A stretch of 30,860 bases of DNA from a virus (Duplodnaviria; Caudoviricetes): the IMG/VR virus record IMGVR_UViG_3300014208_001166, positions 1 through 30,860 of that record. One strand, written 5' to 3'. The position numbers and the translations under genes were made by a program. Every line of letters begins with the position of its first letter. The first letter of the stretch is position 1. Under the pieces are notes generated by a model. That model saw nothing but the letters and a program-made list of their open reading frames with translations. It did not search any database and had not been told where the DNA came from. Shown here piece by piece: positions 16,596-25,592 of the stretch.

Positions 16596-17525
16596 ATGAG
16601 AACATTGATCATCCTGAAAGGTTTGCCCGCTAGTGGAAAATCCACGTACGCAAAGGATCTCTTGAAGAAGGAATCTGGTCGATTCAAGAGGATCAACCGT
16701 GATGATCTTCGAGCGATGCTCGATGACGGAGCATACTCAAAGGTGAACGAGGAATTCGTGAGGAACATGCAAATTGAGCTTGTTCGAAACGCCCTTTCCT
16801 CCGGTTTTGATGTTGTTCTTGACAACACTCACCTTGTTCAAAAGACGCTCATGTCGATTCACAACCTCGCAGCCGAGGTTGGTGACGTGAAGGTCATCGA
16901 AAAATCGTTCAATACCTCGGTTGAGGACTGCATCAAAAGAAATGAAGGACGTCAAGGGTCAGCTCGGGTGCCCGAGAAGGTGATCCATGACATGGCCAGG
17001 GCCGCAGGTCTTGATAGGGGAAGAACGTTGAAGGATTCGGAAACGTACTACGAGCCAAGGCCATCTGCCCGTCCGCGCGTTGTTACCGTTGATCTCCCAA
17101 AGGCGATCATGTGCGACCTCGATGGTACGCTTGCGATCATCGGCGATCGATCACCGTATGATGCGTCAAGGTGCGACGAAGTTGACATTCCGAACGAGGC
17201 TGTCATTGCCTGCGTTAAAGCAATGTACGATGATGATCACACAATCATCTTCATGTCAGGCCGTGACTCGAAGTACCGTGAGCAGACGAAGCGCTTCATC
17301 GAAAAGCATTGTATTCAGCGCGATCGTCAAAAAATGCGTTATGAACTTCACATGCGCGGCGAAGGTGACACCCGAAACGATGCGATCGTGAAGCGTGAAC
17401 TCTACGAGGCGAACGTATTGGGAAAGTTCAACGTTGAATTCGTCCTTGACGATCGCAATCGAGTCGTCGATGAATGGAGACGTATGGGTATTCCATGTTT
17501 CCAGGTGAACCCGGGAAATTTTTGA
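16596..17525 (+). CDS. pseT: Polynucleotide 5'-kinase / 3'-phosphatase (T4 PNK-like)
   Basis: GLPASGKST, RINRDDLR, DNT, HAD DLDGT, SGR, K, DDR..VV..WR..GI.CFQV..G.F. Confidence 0.92.
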   Translation: MRTLIILKGLPASGKSTYAKDLLKKESGRFKRINRDDLRAMLDDGAYSKVNEEFVRNMQIELVRNALSSGFDVVLDNTHLVQKTLMSIHNLAAEVGDVKVIEKSFNTSVEDCIKRNEGRQGSARVPEKVIHDMARAAGLDRGRTLKDSETYYEPRPSARPRVVTVDLPKAIMCDLDGTLAIIGDRSPYDASRCDEVDIPNEAVIACVKAMYDDDHTIIFMSGRDSKYREQTKRFIEKHCIQRDRQKMRYELHMRGEGDTRNDAIVKRELYEANVLGKFNVEFVLDDRNRVVDEWRRMGIPCFQVNPGNF

Positions 17526-17531
17526 GTGATA

Positions 17532-17830
17532 TGATGAAAAAATCAATTCTAAAACGAATTCAAAAATTCGTTGCAGTGATCAAAGGTGTGGAATTATCTC
17601 CATACAAAATGGTTCGATTGTCACCCCGTCAACAAGAAGTATTCACATATCAGGGTGGAAGTATTTATGTTGGACCTAGATACGGTAAGCTTATTTCCGT
17701 CGTAAGAGAACCGTTGACAGATGGTCCTAATGCCGTCGGTGAATTTGAGGTGATGTGGACCGAAATCCCTGGCTCATTGGGACCGATGATCGAGCATGTT
17801 TCAGGCGATAAGATATGTTGGTACACATGA
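17532..17830 (+). CDS. Hypothetical protein
   Basis: ORF between PNK and ligase; start after the PNK stop is assumed. Confidence 0.55.
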
Positions 17831-18867
17831 ACCTGCATGGCAAAAACAGTTTTAAATTATTGACGCGTGATCAATTTCGTGATGCTGTCTTTGCAAGGGA
17901 CGATGGAAAATGCGTTGTGTGCAAAGCGCCTGCGAAGGATGCACATCACATTATCGAGAGACGTTTGTGGGGCGATGGTGGTTACTACATTGAGAACGGC
18001 GCATCGTTGTGCGAAGAACATCACGTTGAGGCTGAATCAACGATCATTTCATGCGATCAATTGAGAGAATTAGCTGGAATTCGAAATTTTCCAATCCCTG
18101 AGCATTTGTACAGGGATCAACCTTACGACAAATGGGGAAATCCGATCATGCCGAATGGACTTCGACTCAGGGGTGAATTATTCAATGATATTTCGGTTGA
18201 AAAAATTCTCCAACCTGTCGTTCATCTTTTCACCGATCGAGTGAAGTATCCAAGAACGTACCATCTACCGTGGAGTCCTGGTTGCACCAACGATGATCGA
18301 ATCATGAACGATGTATCCAAGTTGTTGGGTGAAAACGTTGTCATCACCGCAAAGATGGATGGCGAAAATACGACGATGTACAATGATTACGTACATGCAA
18401 GGTCGATTGAATATGAGTCACATCCATCAAGATCATGGGTGAAATCATTGCACTCACGTGTTGCGCATGACATCCCTAAGGGCTGGCGTGTTTGTGGTGA
18501 AAATCTATTTGCTGAACATTCGATCAGGTACAATAATCTTAGTGATTATTTTCAGGTATTCTCCGTTTGGAGCGCAATGAACATCTGCCTCAGCTGGGAC
18601 GACACCGTCGAGTGGGCATCATTGCTCGGGTTGAAAACAGTTCCCGTACTATTCAGGGGCACCTGTGATGAAGCATTTCTTCGAAGACTGTATCAGAAAT
18701 CACTGGGTGGTGATGAATTAGAGGGATACGTCGTCAGGCTTGAACGATCGTTTCACTATAAGGAATTCAAGCATACAGTTGCAAAATACGTTAGAGAAAA
18801 TCATGTCACAACGCACGGTCATTGGATGCGCTCGCAGATGAAACAAAATGGGTTGAAGAATGACTGA
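17827..18867 (+). CDS. HNH domain fused to ATP-dependent RNA ligase family domain
   Basis: N-terminal RD..KCVVC..DAHHI..NGASLCEEHH; C-terminal KYPRT.HL, KMDGEN (motif I), GEN, EGYV.R, KYVR. Confidence 0.85.
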   Translation: MNLHGKNSFKLLTRDQFRDAVFARDDGKCVVCKAPAKDAHHIIERRLWGDGGYYIENGASLCEEHHVEAESTIISCDQLRELAGIRNFPIPEHLYRDQPYDKWGNPIMPNGLRLRGELFNDISVEKILQPVVHLFTDRVKYPRTYHLPWSPGCTNDDRIMNDVSKLLGENVVITAKMDGENTTMYNDYVHARSIEYESHPSRSWVKSLHSRVAHDIPKGWRVCGENLFAEHSIRYNNLSDYFQVFSVWSAMNICLSWDDTVEWASLLGLKTVPVLFRGTCDEAFLRRLYQKSLGGDELEGYVVRLERSFHYKEFKHTVAKYVRENHVTTHGHWMRSQMKQNGLKND

Positions 18868-19045
18868 CAAATACATCATCTGCGCAAACATCGAATTTAC
18901 CGATCGAGCGTTGTGCACGCCCATGAACGTTCATAGCGTTATTTCTAACACCGACATGATGGAAGTTCATCACTTCAGCGCTTCGTCCTGGGATGAAGCA
19001 AAGAAGTATTACGCTGATTTCTGTGCTAGGTTCATTGGGTTTTGA
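18860..19045 (+). CDS. Small hypothetical protein
   Basis: 61 aa; overlaps the ligase stop. Confidence 0.5.
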   Translation: MTDKYIICANIEFTDRALCTPMNVHSVISNTDMMEVHHFSASSWDEAKKYYADFCARFIGF

Positions 19046-19964
19046 TTTTTGCAATCGAACCTTTTCGATACGCGGCAATGAATTTTTTCATTTCGTTCTT
19101 GTCAATTTCAAGTGATGCACCATCATCCGAATAGACGATGCCCGATGGTGCGAGTCCACCTTTTTTCTGGTACGAATAAACGCCCTTGCCGGGTTCATTG
19201 AACCTGATGTACTTGAATTTTCCCATGAATCCCGGGCCGACCGAAATTGGAAGATCCATCGATGAATATCTGAACTTAGATTCATCAATCTCGCCCAGAA
19301 TTTTTAGCCCAACAACATTCTGCATCTGAGCGATGAATTTTTCAGTTGGTGTACGGGTTCTACCGTTCGCAGCGTAACTCATGCATTGATCATCTGACGA
19401 TTTTATGACGTACAGGCTACAATTTATCTCCGGCGCATCAGGTTCAAATTTGAACCATTCATTTTCTCGTAATCGATGAGATTCATCAATGATCGCGGTT
19501 ACACGTGCTTTTGATAACAGGACCTCAAGATCACCAATGTTTCCTTGCGTCGGTTCGACACCTTCCCAATATCTCTTGATTTCGTAGTGATCTGGGTAAT
19601 TTGAATTCCAAAGATCATCTATGATACGTGAGTTGGTGACGTGCATCGCTCCGATGGGTTCAATTGCGTATAATTTCCCCTTTGCTAGGAATCTCGATCT
19701 AGGGATGAATGACGCATAAACGCAATTGAATCTAGATGGTAAATTTGGAAAATGATCACGACGTTCAAGTTCGATCCAACGTTCAGCCTGTCTATCCTCC
19801 AACCAATGTTTCCCGGTTGATTGTTCAACTTGCCCCGTTAGAATATCACCTACCTTAAAATCCTTGTTCGACCTGTGATACAACGTAGCGTTAGGATTTA
19901 CGTCATATTCAAGTAAAATTCCCTCAAGAAGGATGGATTTTAGTTCTCCTAACGTAATTTTCAC
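19032..19964 (-). CDS. ADP-ribosyltransferase-like (Arr/DUF2441-like) protein with N-terminal leader
   Basis: LYH....FKVGD.L, SR.NCVYAS, LYAIEP.G, YWEG......EVL; GTG start 6 nt after ATAATTA. Confidence 0.55.
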   Translation of the reverse strand: MKITLGELKSILLEGILLEYDVNPNATLYHRSNKDFKVGDILTGQVEQSTGKHWLEDRQAERWIELERRDHFPNLPSRFNCVYASFIPRSRFLAKGKLYAIEPIGAMHVTNSRIIDDLWNSNYPDHYEIKRYWEGVEPTQGNIGDLEVLLSKARVTAIIDESHRLRENEWFKFEPDAPEINCSLYVIKSSDDQCMSYAANGRTRTPTEKFIAQMQNVVGLKILGEIDESKFRYSSMDLPISVGPGFMGKFKYIRFNEPGKGVYSYQKKGGLAPSGIVYSDDGASLEIDKNEMKKFIAAYRKGSIAKIKTQ

Positions 19965-19970
19965 AAATTC

Positions 19971-19977
19971 TAATTAT
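19971..19977 (-). promoter_or_regulatory. Putative late promoter motif ATAATTA
   Basis: Same motif and 6-nt spacing as 1463-1469. Confidence 0.5.
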
Positions 19978-20068
19978 GCGTTAAGTGAAACTTATGCACG
20001 ATTGAATTAGTCATATAATATGAAGTTTAAGATTACGTTCAAAAATCCCAATGTTGTTGGTGGACAAA

Positions 20069-20692
20069 ATGATTGATGACAAAGAAAATCGTGAATCGTT
20101 CTTCAAAAGGATCGAACCATTCTTCGCGCCGAGCATTTTGATGAACATTCAGGTTGCGTACACGATGGCGAAATTTGCGCATCGTGCACAATCAAGGAAG
20201 GAATTGGATGTCGACGGAAACAACGTGAGATACTTTGAGCATGTCAGGCGGGTGACGCTCAACCTCATCGACGAGGTGAAGATCGTCGATAGCGAAATGA
20301 TCATTGCGTCATTGCTCCACGATGGAATTGAGGACACTCGCGATCTAACACCGGAGATGATTGAGCATCTCTTCGGTCCTGACGTTGTGGGGATAGTGAA
20401 GGTTCTCAGCAAGGTTCCGAAGGAAGGTTACCTTGAGCGTTTTAACATGTGTTCAGACTGGCGACCGTACGTCGTGAAAGCATGCGATCGTCTCGACAAC
20501 TTAAGATCGCTGACGGGAACTGAACCTGAATTCATGAAGAGGCAGGTGAATGAAACTCGCGAGAAGTACTATCCATTGTTCGATAGGATGCTTCAATTGG
20601 TCCCATCACAACACCTTCAAAGAGCCCAATCAATTCGTGATTCAATTAGGGATACGAATGAAAGGCTCACGGCGATGATCGAATTAACTTAA
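20069..20692 (+). CDS. HD-domain RelA/SpoT-type hydrolase (small alarmone hydrolase-like)
   Basis: AH..Q.R, Y.EH...V, LLHDGIEDT, FG..V..IV..LSK, VK.CDRLDN. Confidence 0.85.
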   Translation: MIDDKENRESFFKRIEPFFAPSILMNIQVAYTMAKFAHRAQSRKELDVDGNNVRYFEHVRRVTLNLIDEVKIVDSEMIIASLLHDGIEDTRDLTPEMIEHLFGPDVVGIVKVLSKVPKEGYLERFNMCSDWRPYVVKACDRLDNLRSLTGTEPEFMKRQVNETREKYYPLFDRMLQLVPSQHLQRAQSIRDSIRDTNERLTAMIELT

Positions 20693-20751
20693 GGTTGTTA
20701 CATCGTGAGGCACAGAAAAAACATTTCCACGTATCAGTTTAATATACATCG

Positions 20752-22524
20752 ATGAGTAAGAGAAAATTGACCGACACACGGTCACTTGGAAGGAAGCTTC
20801 TCGCCGGTGCATTAGCAGTTGTATTAGCGATCGCTGTACCGATCGCTCGCTGCACTGGTTGCGGTGACGTTAACAACGTTTCAACAAATGAAAAACGTGA
20901 GCCATCATTCGATTCCGGAACCTACGTAGGTGATGCTCCACCACGCTGGGCTTCGATGTCGGAGGGTTTAAGGTATCTTCCGGTTGAAATTGTTAAGAAT
21001 CTGAAGCGTCCTTCATCAACTGAAAAATTGAAGCTCATTGATGAACCTTTGTTCGCAAAACCCGAGAGATTTGGAATGGTTCCCAATCCGATGGATTCCC
21101 AATTTCCGATCGGAATAACCAAATCAAATGATGGTGATGAATTTGTGCCAATGCTGGGTATCACGTGTGGTGCATGCCACGTTGGTGCAGTTAGCAACGG
21201 GCGTGAATGGACGATCGTTCCTGGTGCACCAAACCTGATGACAGTGAACTTATTTTTCGGTGAATTGATCGGTTCGTTGGCTGCAACGCTTGCCAACCCT
21301 GTTGCATTTGATGATCTCTGGAAGTCATATGCATCTTCAATGAACTATCGTTACGATCAATCAACGATGACTGAAACTATCATCGATGAAGATGACATCA
21401 ACGGAATTTACGATGGCATTATCACCGATAGGGTTTTAAAGTTATCGAATGCATATAAAAACGGTGCATATCCAACGAAATTTGATATCAACACACGTGG
21501 AAAATTAGGAGCGTACCTAACATTGAGGTTGGTCGAACTCATCGGTCGTGCTAATGCTCCTGACGATGGTGTCCAGCTTCCGTTGGGAACATCAAATCCA
21601 TGGGCAACCACTCGTAGCCTCTTTGGCACGAAGTGGGCGCATGATGATCCAGCAAATCTCACCCCCGTGGGAGGCGCCATTACCGCACCTGACATTTTCA
21701 ACTATGGTGAACGTAGGTGGGTTTTTTGGTCGCAGGCAACAAATTCGATGATGGAGAGAAATCTTGCACAAGGAATAGCACTTCTCGGCGACGTTGATTG
21801 GGATACGTTTCAAACGACGTTATCGACTAAAGATTTAGCTGCGATCGAAGAAGCATCGCAATTTATCGAACCACCAACATGGCCACGGATCTTCAATGAT
21901 GTTGATCGATCGCTTGCGTCTGAAGGTTGCAAGGTTTTTGAGAAACGTTGCAAGGGTTGTCACGTTGGATCATCACGATCATTTGAACGTGGATCAGTTG
22001 AATTTGGTCTGTACGACGTTGGAACGGATCCCTCCTACTGTGAAGGTGTGAATGCATCGACGCTTGATTATACCAGCGTACCTGCGTTGGTTGCTCCCGT
22101 CGCCGCACGGGTAAAATCAGTTGCTTATGATGTTGAAGGTAGGCTCGATGAATCGGGAAGAACACCAGTGATTTGGCGAGCGATGGAATGCAATAAATTT
22201 CCTGCCAGATCGCTCGAGGGAATTTGGGCAACTGGACCATTCCTACACAATGGTTCGGTGAGAACAATTAATGATCTGTTGAAACCTGCTAATGAACGTG
22301 AAAAACACTTTGAGGTTGGTTCGATTGAACTTGATCAGACAAAGCTAGGTTTCAGGGGCGATAAAACATCATCGTTCACAACAACCGTTGACGTAACAAT
22401 TCACGGAATGTCAAACATGGGCCATGAATTCACCGTTAGTGACCCATCACAAAGATTTGCGTTACTAGAGTATCTAAAAATCCATCATGACACAATAACC
22501 TGTGGAGAATCCGATGAACATTGA
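20752..22524 (+). CDS. Exported di-heme c-type cytochrome (RoxA/peroxidase-like)
   Basis: Signal peptide with Cys, CGACH and CKGCH heme motifs, GIWATGPFLHNGSV, G.SN.GHEF, LLEYLK. Confidence 0.85.
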   Translation: MSKRKLTDTRSLGRKLLAGALAVVLAIAVPIARCTGCGDVNNVSTNEKREPSFDSGTYVGDAPPRWASMSEGLRYLPVEIVKNLKRPSSTEKLKLIDEPLFAKPERFGMVPNPMDSQFPIGITKSNDGDEFVPMLGITCGACHVGAVSNGREWTIVPGAPNLMTVNLFFGELIGSLAATLANPVAFDDLWKSYASSMNYRYDQSTMTETIIDEDDINGIYDGIITDRVLKLSNAYKNGAYPTKFDINTRGKLGAYLTLRLVELIGRANAPDDGVQLPLGTSNPWATTRSLFGTKWAHDDPANLTPVGGAITAPDIFNYGERRWVFWSQATNSMMERNLAQGIALLGDVDWDTFQTTLSTKDLAAIEEASQFIEPPTWPRIFNDVDRSLASEGCKVFEKRCKGCHVGSSRSFERGSVEFGLYDVGTDPSYCEGVNASTLDYTSVPALVAPVAARVKSVAYDVEGRLDESGRTPVIWRAMECNKFPARSLEGIWATGPFLHNGSVRTINDLLKPANEREKHFEVGSIELDQTKLGFRGDKTSSFTTTVDVTIHGMSNMGHEFTVSDPSQRFALLEYLKIHHDTITCGESDEH

Positions 22525-22750
22525 ACAGAACGTTAAGATGTATGCATTGCGTGATCAAAATGATCGATGGTATGTCTCCACGACAAGAAGTCTCGCCCAA
22601 GCTCGCGGAGTTATCACCGCAGCTTCGTTGTACAGTTCATTGTCAACAGTTAGAACAATTTTGACGAAGTTAAATAAGTTAGAGATGCCTGATACTAGGT
22701 ATCGTATTTTTGAATTCACGCTTGCAGGACCACAGGAAATCATCATATGA
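22514..22750 (+). CDS. Hypothetical protein
   Basis: GGAG SD then ATG 22514; coupled to neighbours. Confidence 0.6.
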   Translation: MNIEQNVKMYALRDQNDRWYVSTTRSLAQARGVITAASLYSSLSTVRTILTKLNKLEMPDTRYRIFEFTLAGPQEIII

Positions 22751-23586
22751 AAATTTCGCACTTATCAGATATTCACCTCGATGCTATCAACGATCAGGAA
22801 CTTATTAGGTTCGCCGAGCAGGTCCGTGATCTTGATCTTGATGCGGTTCTGATAACAGGCGATATTTCGAATGCAAAGCAGGTCGTGTACCATCTGTCAG
22901 TTTTAGAGAAAATAATCCAGCGACAAATTTTCTACGTTCTTGGAAATCATGATTTCTATGCGTCTAGCATAACTTCCGTCAGAAAATCAATGGCTGAATT
23001 GTCGACAATGTCGCAGTATCTTAGGTACTTGCCAACGACACCTTATGTAAAATTGTCAGCGATGACCGCTCTCGTTGGCCATGATGGTTGGTATGATGCA
23101 TTGAACGGCGATCCAAATTCAACGTTTATGCTCAATGACTTCATCTACATCGAGGAATATAAAAAGTTCTCAGGAGGTGGTCAATTCATGAACGTGATGG
23201 GTACTGTGAAGGATATGCCAGGAACAAGAGGATTGTCACTGCAACTTTCAAAGGATGCCGTTAAGCACATGGCGGACGGGATCAAGGCCGCCGTCGGAAC
23301 AGGTCACAAAGAAATCATCATTGCTACGCATGTTCCCCCATTTAAGGAATCGCACATTTATAACGGAATGGTTGGCGATGAAAATGCTCAACCATGGTTC
23401 ACAAGCAAAACATGCGGTGATATGCTACGGAGCGGCGCCGCAGCGTATAAAAATGTGAATTTTACGGTGTTTTGTGGACACACACATGGAAAATTCATGG
23501 GTAAATTTGCCGATAATTTAACGGTGCACGTTGCAGGAGCAGAATACGGAACACCAAGGATTTCTGGAACGTTTGTTGTGAAGTGA
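22747..23586 (+). CDS. Calcineurin-like metallophosphoesterase (CpdA/Icc-like)
   Basis: SDIH, TGD, GNHD, H.PP, GHTH. Confidence 0.9.
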   Translation: MKISHLSDIHLDAINDQELIRFAEQVRDLDLDAVLITGDISNAKQVVYHLSVLEKIIQRQIFYVLGNHDFYASSITSVRKSMAELSTMSQYLRYLPTTPYVKLSAMTALVGHDGWYDALNGDPNSTFMLNDFIYIEEYKKFSGGGQFMNVMGTVKDMPGTRGLSLQLSKDAVKHMADGIKAAVGTGHKEIIIATHVPPFKESHIYNGMVGDENAQPWFTSKTCGDMLRSGAAAYKNVNFTVFCGHTHGKFMGKFADNLTVHVAGAEYGTPRISGTFVVK

Positions 23587-23592
23587 ACATAT

Positions 23593-23856
23593 ATGAAGAA
23601 TTATTCGCATAAGATTGTGCACGACGCCCTGGGCGTTCGTCATGAATTCATCGGACCGGGCATGTATGATGTGTTATCAGGCGTGCACCTGATGCAGTTG
23701 ATGAATGAATGGGCATCAAAATCGATCAATGATGACCTAAACAGTCACTGCGCATTTGAAGCCGACGTCATCAAAAAAATGCTTGAAGCTGCGTATGAAG
23801 CTGGAAAGGATGATGTCAAAAAGGAATTACGACAAGCATTAGGAATCAAGAAATGA
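23593..23856 (+). CDS. Hypothetical protein
   Basis: 87 aa; L.AAYEAG motif common in small phage proteins. Confidence 0.65.
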   Translation: MKNYSHKIVHDALGVRHEFIGPGMYDVLSGVHLMQLMNEWASKSINDDLNSHCAFEADVIKKMLEAAYEAGKDDVKKELRQALGIKK

Positions 23857-24635
23857 CTGAAATTGTCGACGTTCGGGATGGTTATGTTGTCAGATGCGAT
23901 TCAACCGATGAATTGGTAATTGATTCAATCATGGTTGAATTAAATGTTGACAAGGTCCCATTGATCATCGCCGATCCTCCATATGGAAATGTTGTCAATG
24001 AAACTTGGGATCAAACATCGCTAACGGATGAACTGTTTGCATCTTGGATGGTTGAATGGACGAGATTATGGACGCAATATCTCCACCCCGGCGGTGCGTT
24101 CTATGTTTGGGGTGGGACGGGCTCGCCAGGGTTCAGACCTTTTTTCAGGTATCTTTCAACTGCAGAAATTCCCGGCGAATTTGAACTTGCGAACTTGATC
24201 ACGTGGAAAAAACGTCGTGGTTACGGCGTACAAAACAATTACCTGTACACAAGGGAAGAGTGCGCTTTTTTTGTGAATGGAAATGCGAAGAAACCTCGAA
24301 CTTTCCATGTTCCGTACCTCGACGAGGAAAGAGGTTATGCTGGTTATAATGAAAAATATCCCGCAAAGGATTCTCGATTTCGTCGAACGAACGTATGGAC
24401 TGACATCACAGAAATAATGCGAGGCAAAATTCATCCAACGCAGAAACAGCAAAAGTTGCATGAAATTATGATTGAAGTTCACACCGATGTTGGAGAATAT
24501 GTGATTGATCCATTCGCAGGATCGGGTGTGACCGCGCTCGCCGCGAGGAAATTGGGTCGTAAATTCATCATCATTGAAAATGATGTTGAACATTTTGATG
24601 CAACTGTAAAAAGATTGGAAAAGCAAGATGAATGA
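23853..24635 (+). CDS. Site-specific DNA methyltransferase (N4C/N6A, beta class)
   Basis: DPPY first, HPTQK, DPFAGSG last. Confidence 0.92.
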   Translation: MTEIVDVRDGYVVRCDSTDELVIDSIMVELNVDKVPLIIADPPYGNVVNETWDQTSLTDELFASWMVEWTRLWTQYLHPGGAFYVWGGTGSPGFRPFFRYLSTAEIPGEFELANLITWKKRRGYGVQNNYLYTREECAFFVNGNAKKPRTFHVPYLDEERGYAGYNEKYPAKDSRFRRTNVWTDITEIMRGKIHPTQKQQKLHEIMIEVHTDVGEYVIDPFAGSGVTALAARKLGRKFIIIENDVEHFDATVKRLEKQDE

Positions 24636-24879
24636 CAATCATGCTCACGATGAGCAATCAATGCTAGATGAGTTGATGTTATACAATGACTTGATGAAAA
24701 TCAGGTACACAACAACCGTTAAAAGAGACGCATTGCTTGAACAATTGAAACGTCCAAATGTCAAAAATTGGCGCGATGATAAAAAGCAAAAATACATGAA
24801 GCGCCTGTCAACGGCAAATAAGACCATCGACAGGGTTGATGAGATGATGTACGAAATCGAAATTCGAGCCGGTAAGTGA
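24628..24879 (+). CDS. Hypothetical protein
   Basis: 83-aa ORF overlapping the MTase stop. Confidence 0.55.
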   Translation: MNDNHAHDEQSMLDELMLYNDLMKIRYTTTVKRDALLEQLKRPNVKNWRDDKKQKYMKRLSTANKTIDRVDEMMYEIEIRAGK

Positions 24880-24923
24880 GTCATTGTTGACGTAGCGTAA
24901 TTTTAAATGGGATACTTACGATA

Positions 24924-25553
24924 GTGATCAGGAAAGCATTCCATCTTATCGTATTCATGTTATCAGCTCTACTGTCGATGCAATTGTTTGCATACGCAAC
25001 GTCGGCGGTTCGATCAACAAACACCGAACGCTCAGGCAAATTGCCTAAGGTTCAACCGTTGATCGTTGTAAGGTATTACGTTGCGAACGAGTTTTCAATA
25101 GACGAAGAAGAACAAATACGTACTGGGGTTTCATTGTGGGCTGCTGCAACAGCAGGCCGTGTGGTATCATACCAGGATCCTTATCCAATCGATGGCGAAA
25201 TTGAGTTTGGATCGTACAGGAAAAATGAACGTGTTGTTGTTTTCAATAAAATTGAATCATCGAGCGATTACGTAAGGACATGGGATGAATACTACGATAA
25301 AATCATAATCGGGATGAAATTTGGAAATCCATTCATAAGATCTGACATATACCTCGTTTCCGATCGTTTGGTCTCAAGCAAACATTGGGAGTCTGTTGCC
25401 GCTCATGAATTTGGGCATGTTCTTGGTGTTGATCACGTGGTCAATGGTAATTCGATAATGAGTGAATTTTACAAGATCGGGAACGATACAATCACGCTTG
25501 ATGACTTGTCGGCATTTTGTACTGTTCATGAATACGAATGTTGCTTTAAGTGA
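24924..25553 (+). CDS. Secreted matrixin-like zinc metalloprotease (metzincin)
   Basis: Signal peptide, HEFGHVLGVDH, SIM Met-turn; ATACTTA 5 nt upstream. Confidence 0.85.
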   Translation: MIRKAFHLIVFMLSALLSMQLFAYATSAVRSTNTERSGKLPKVQPLIVVRYYVANEFSIDEEEQIRTGVSLWAAATAGRVVSYQDPYPIDGEIEFGSYRKNERVVVFNKIESSSDYVRTWDEYYDKIIIGMKFGNPFIRSDIYLVSDRLVSSKHWESVAAHEFGHVLGVDHVVNGNSIMSEFYKIGNDTITLDDLSAFCTVHEYECCFK

Positions 25554-25592
25554 AAGTGTCAATGTATATGTAGTATTTTCTGGATAAGCACC

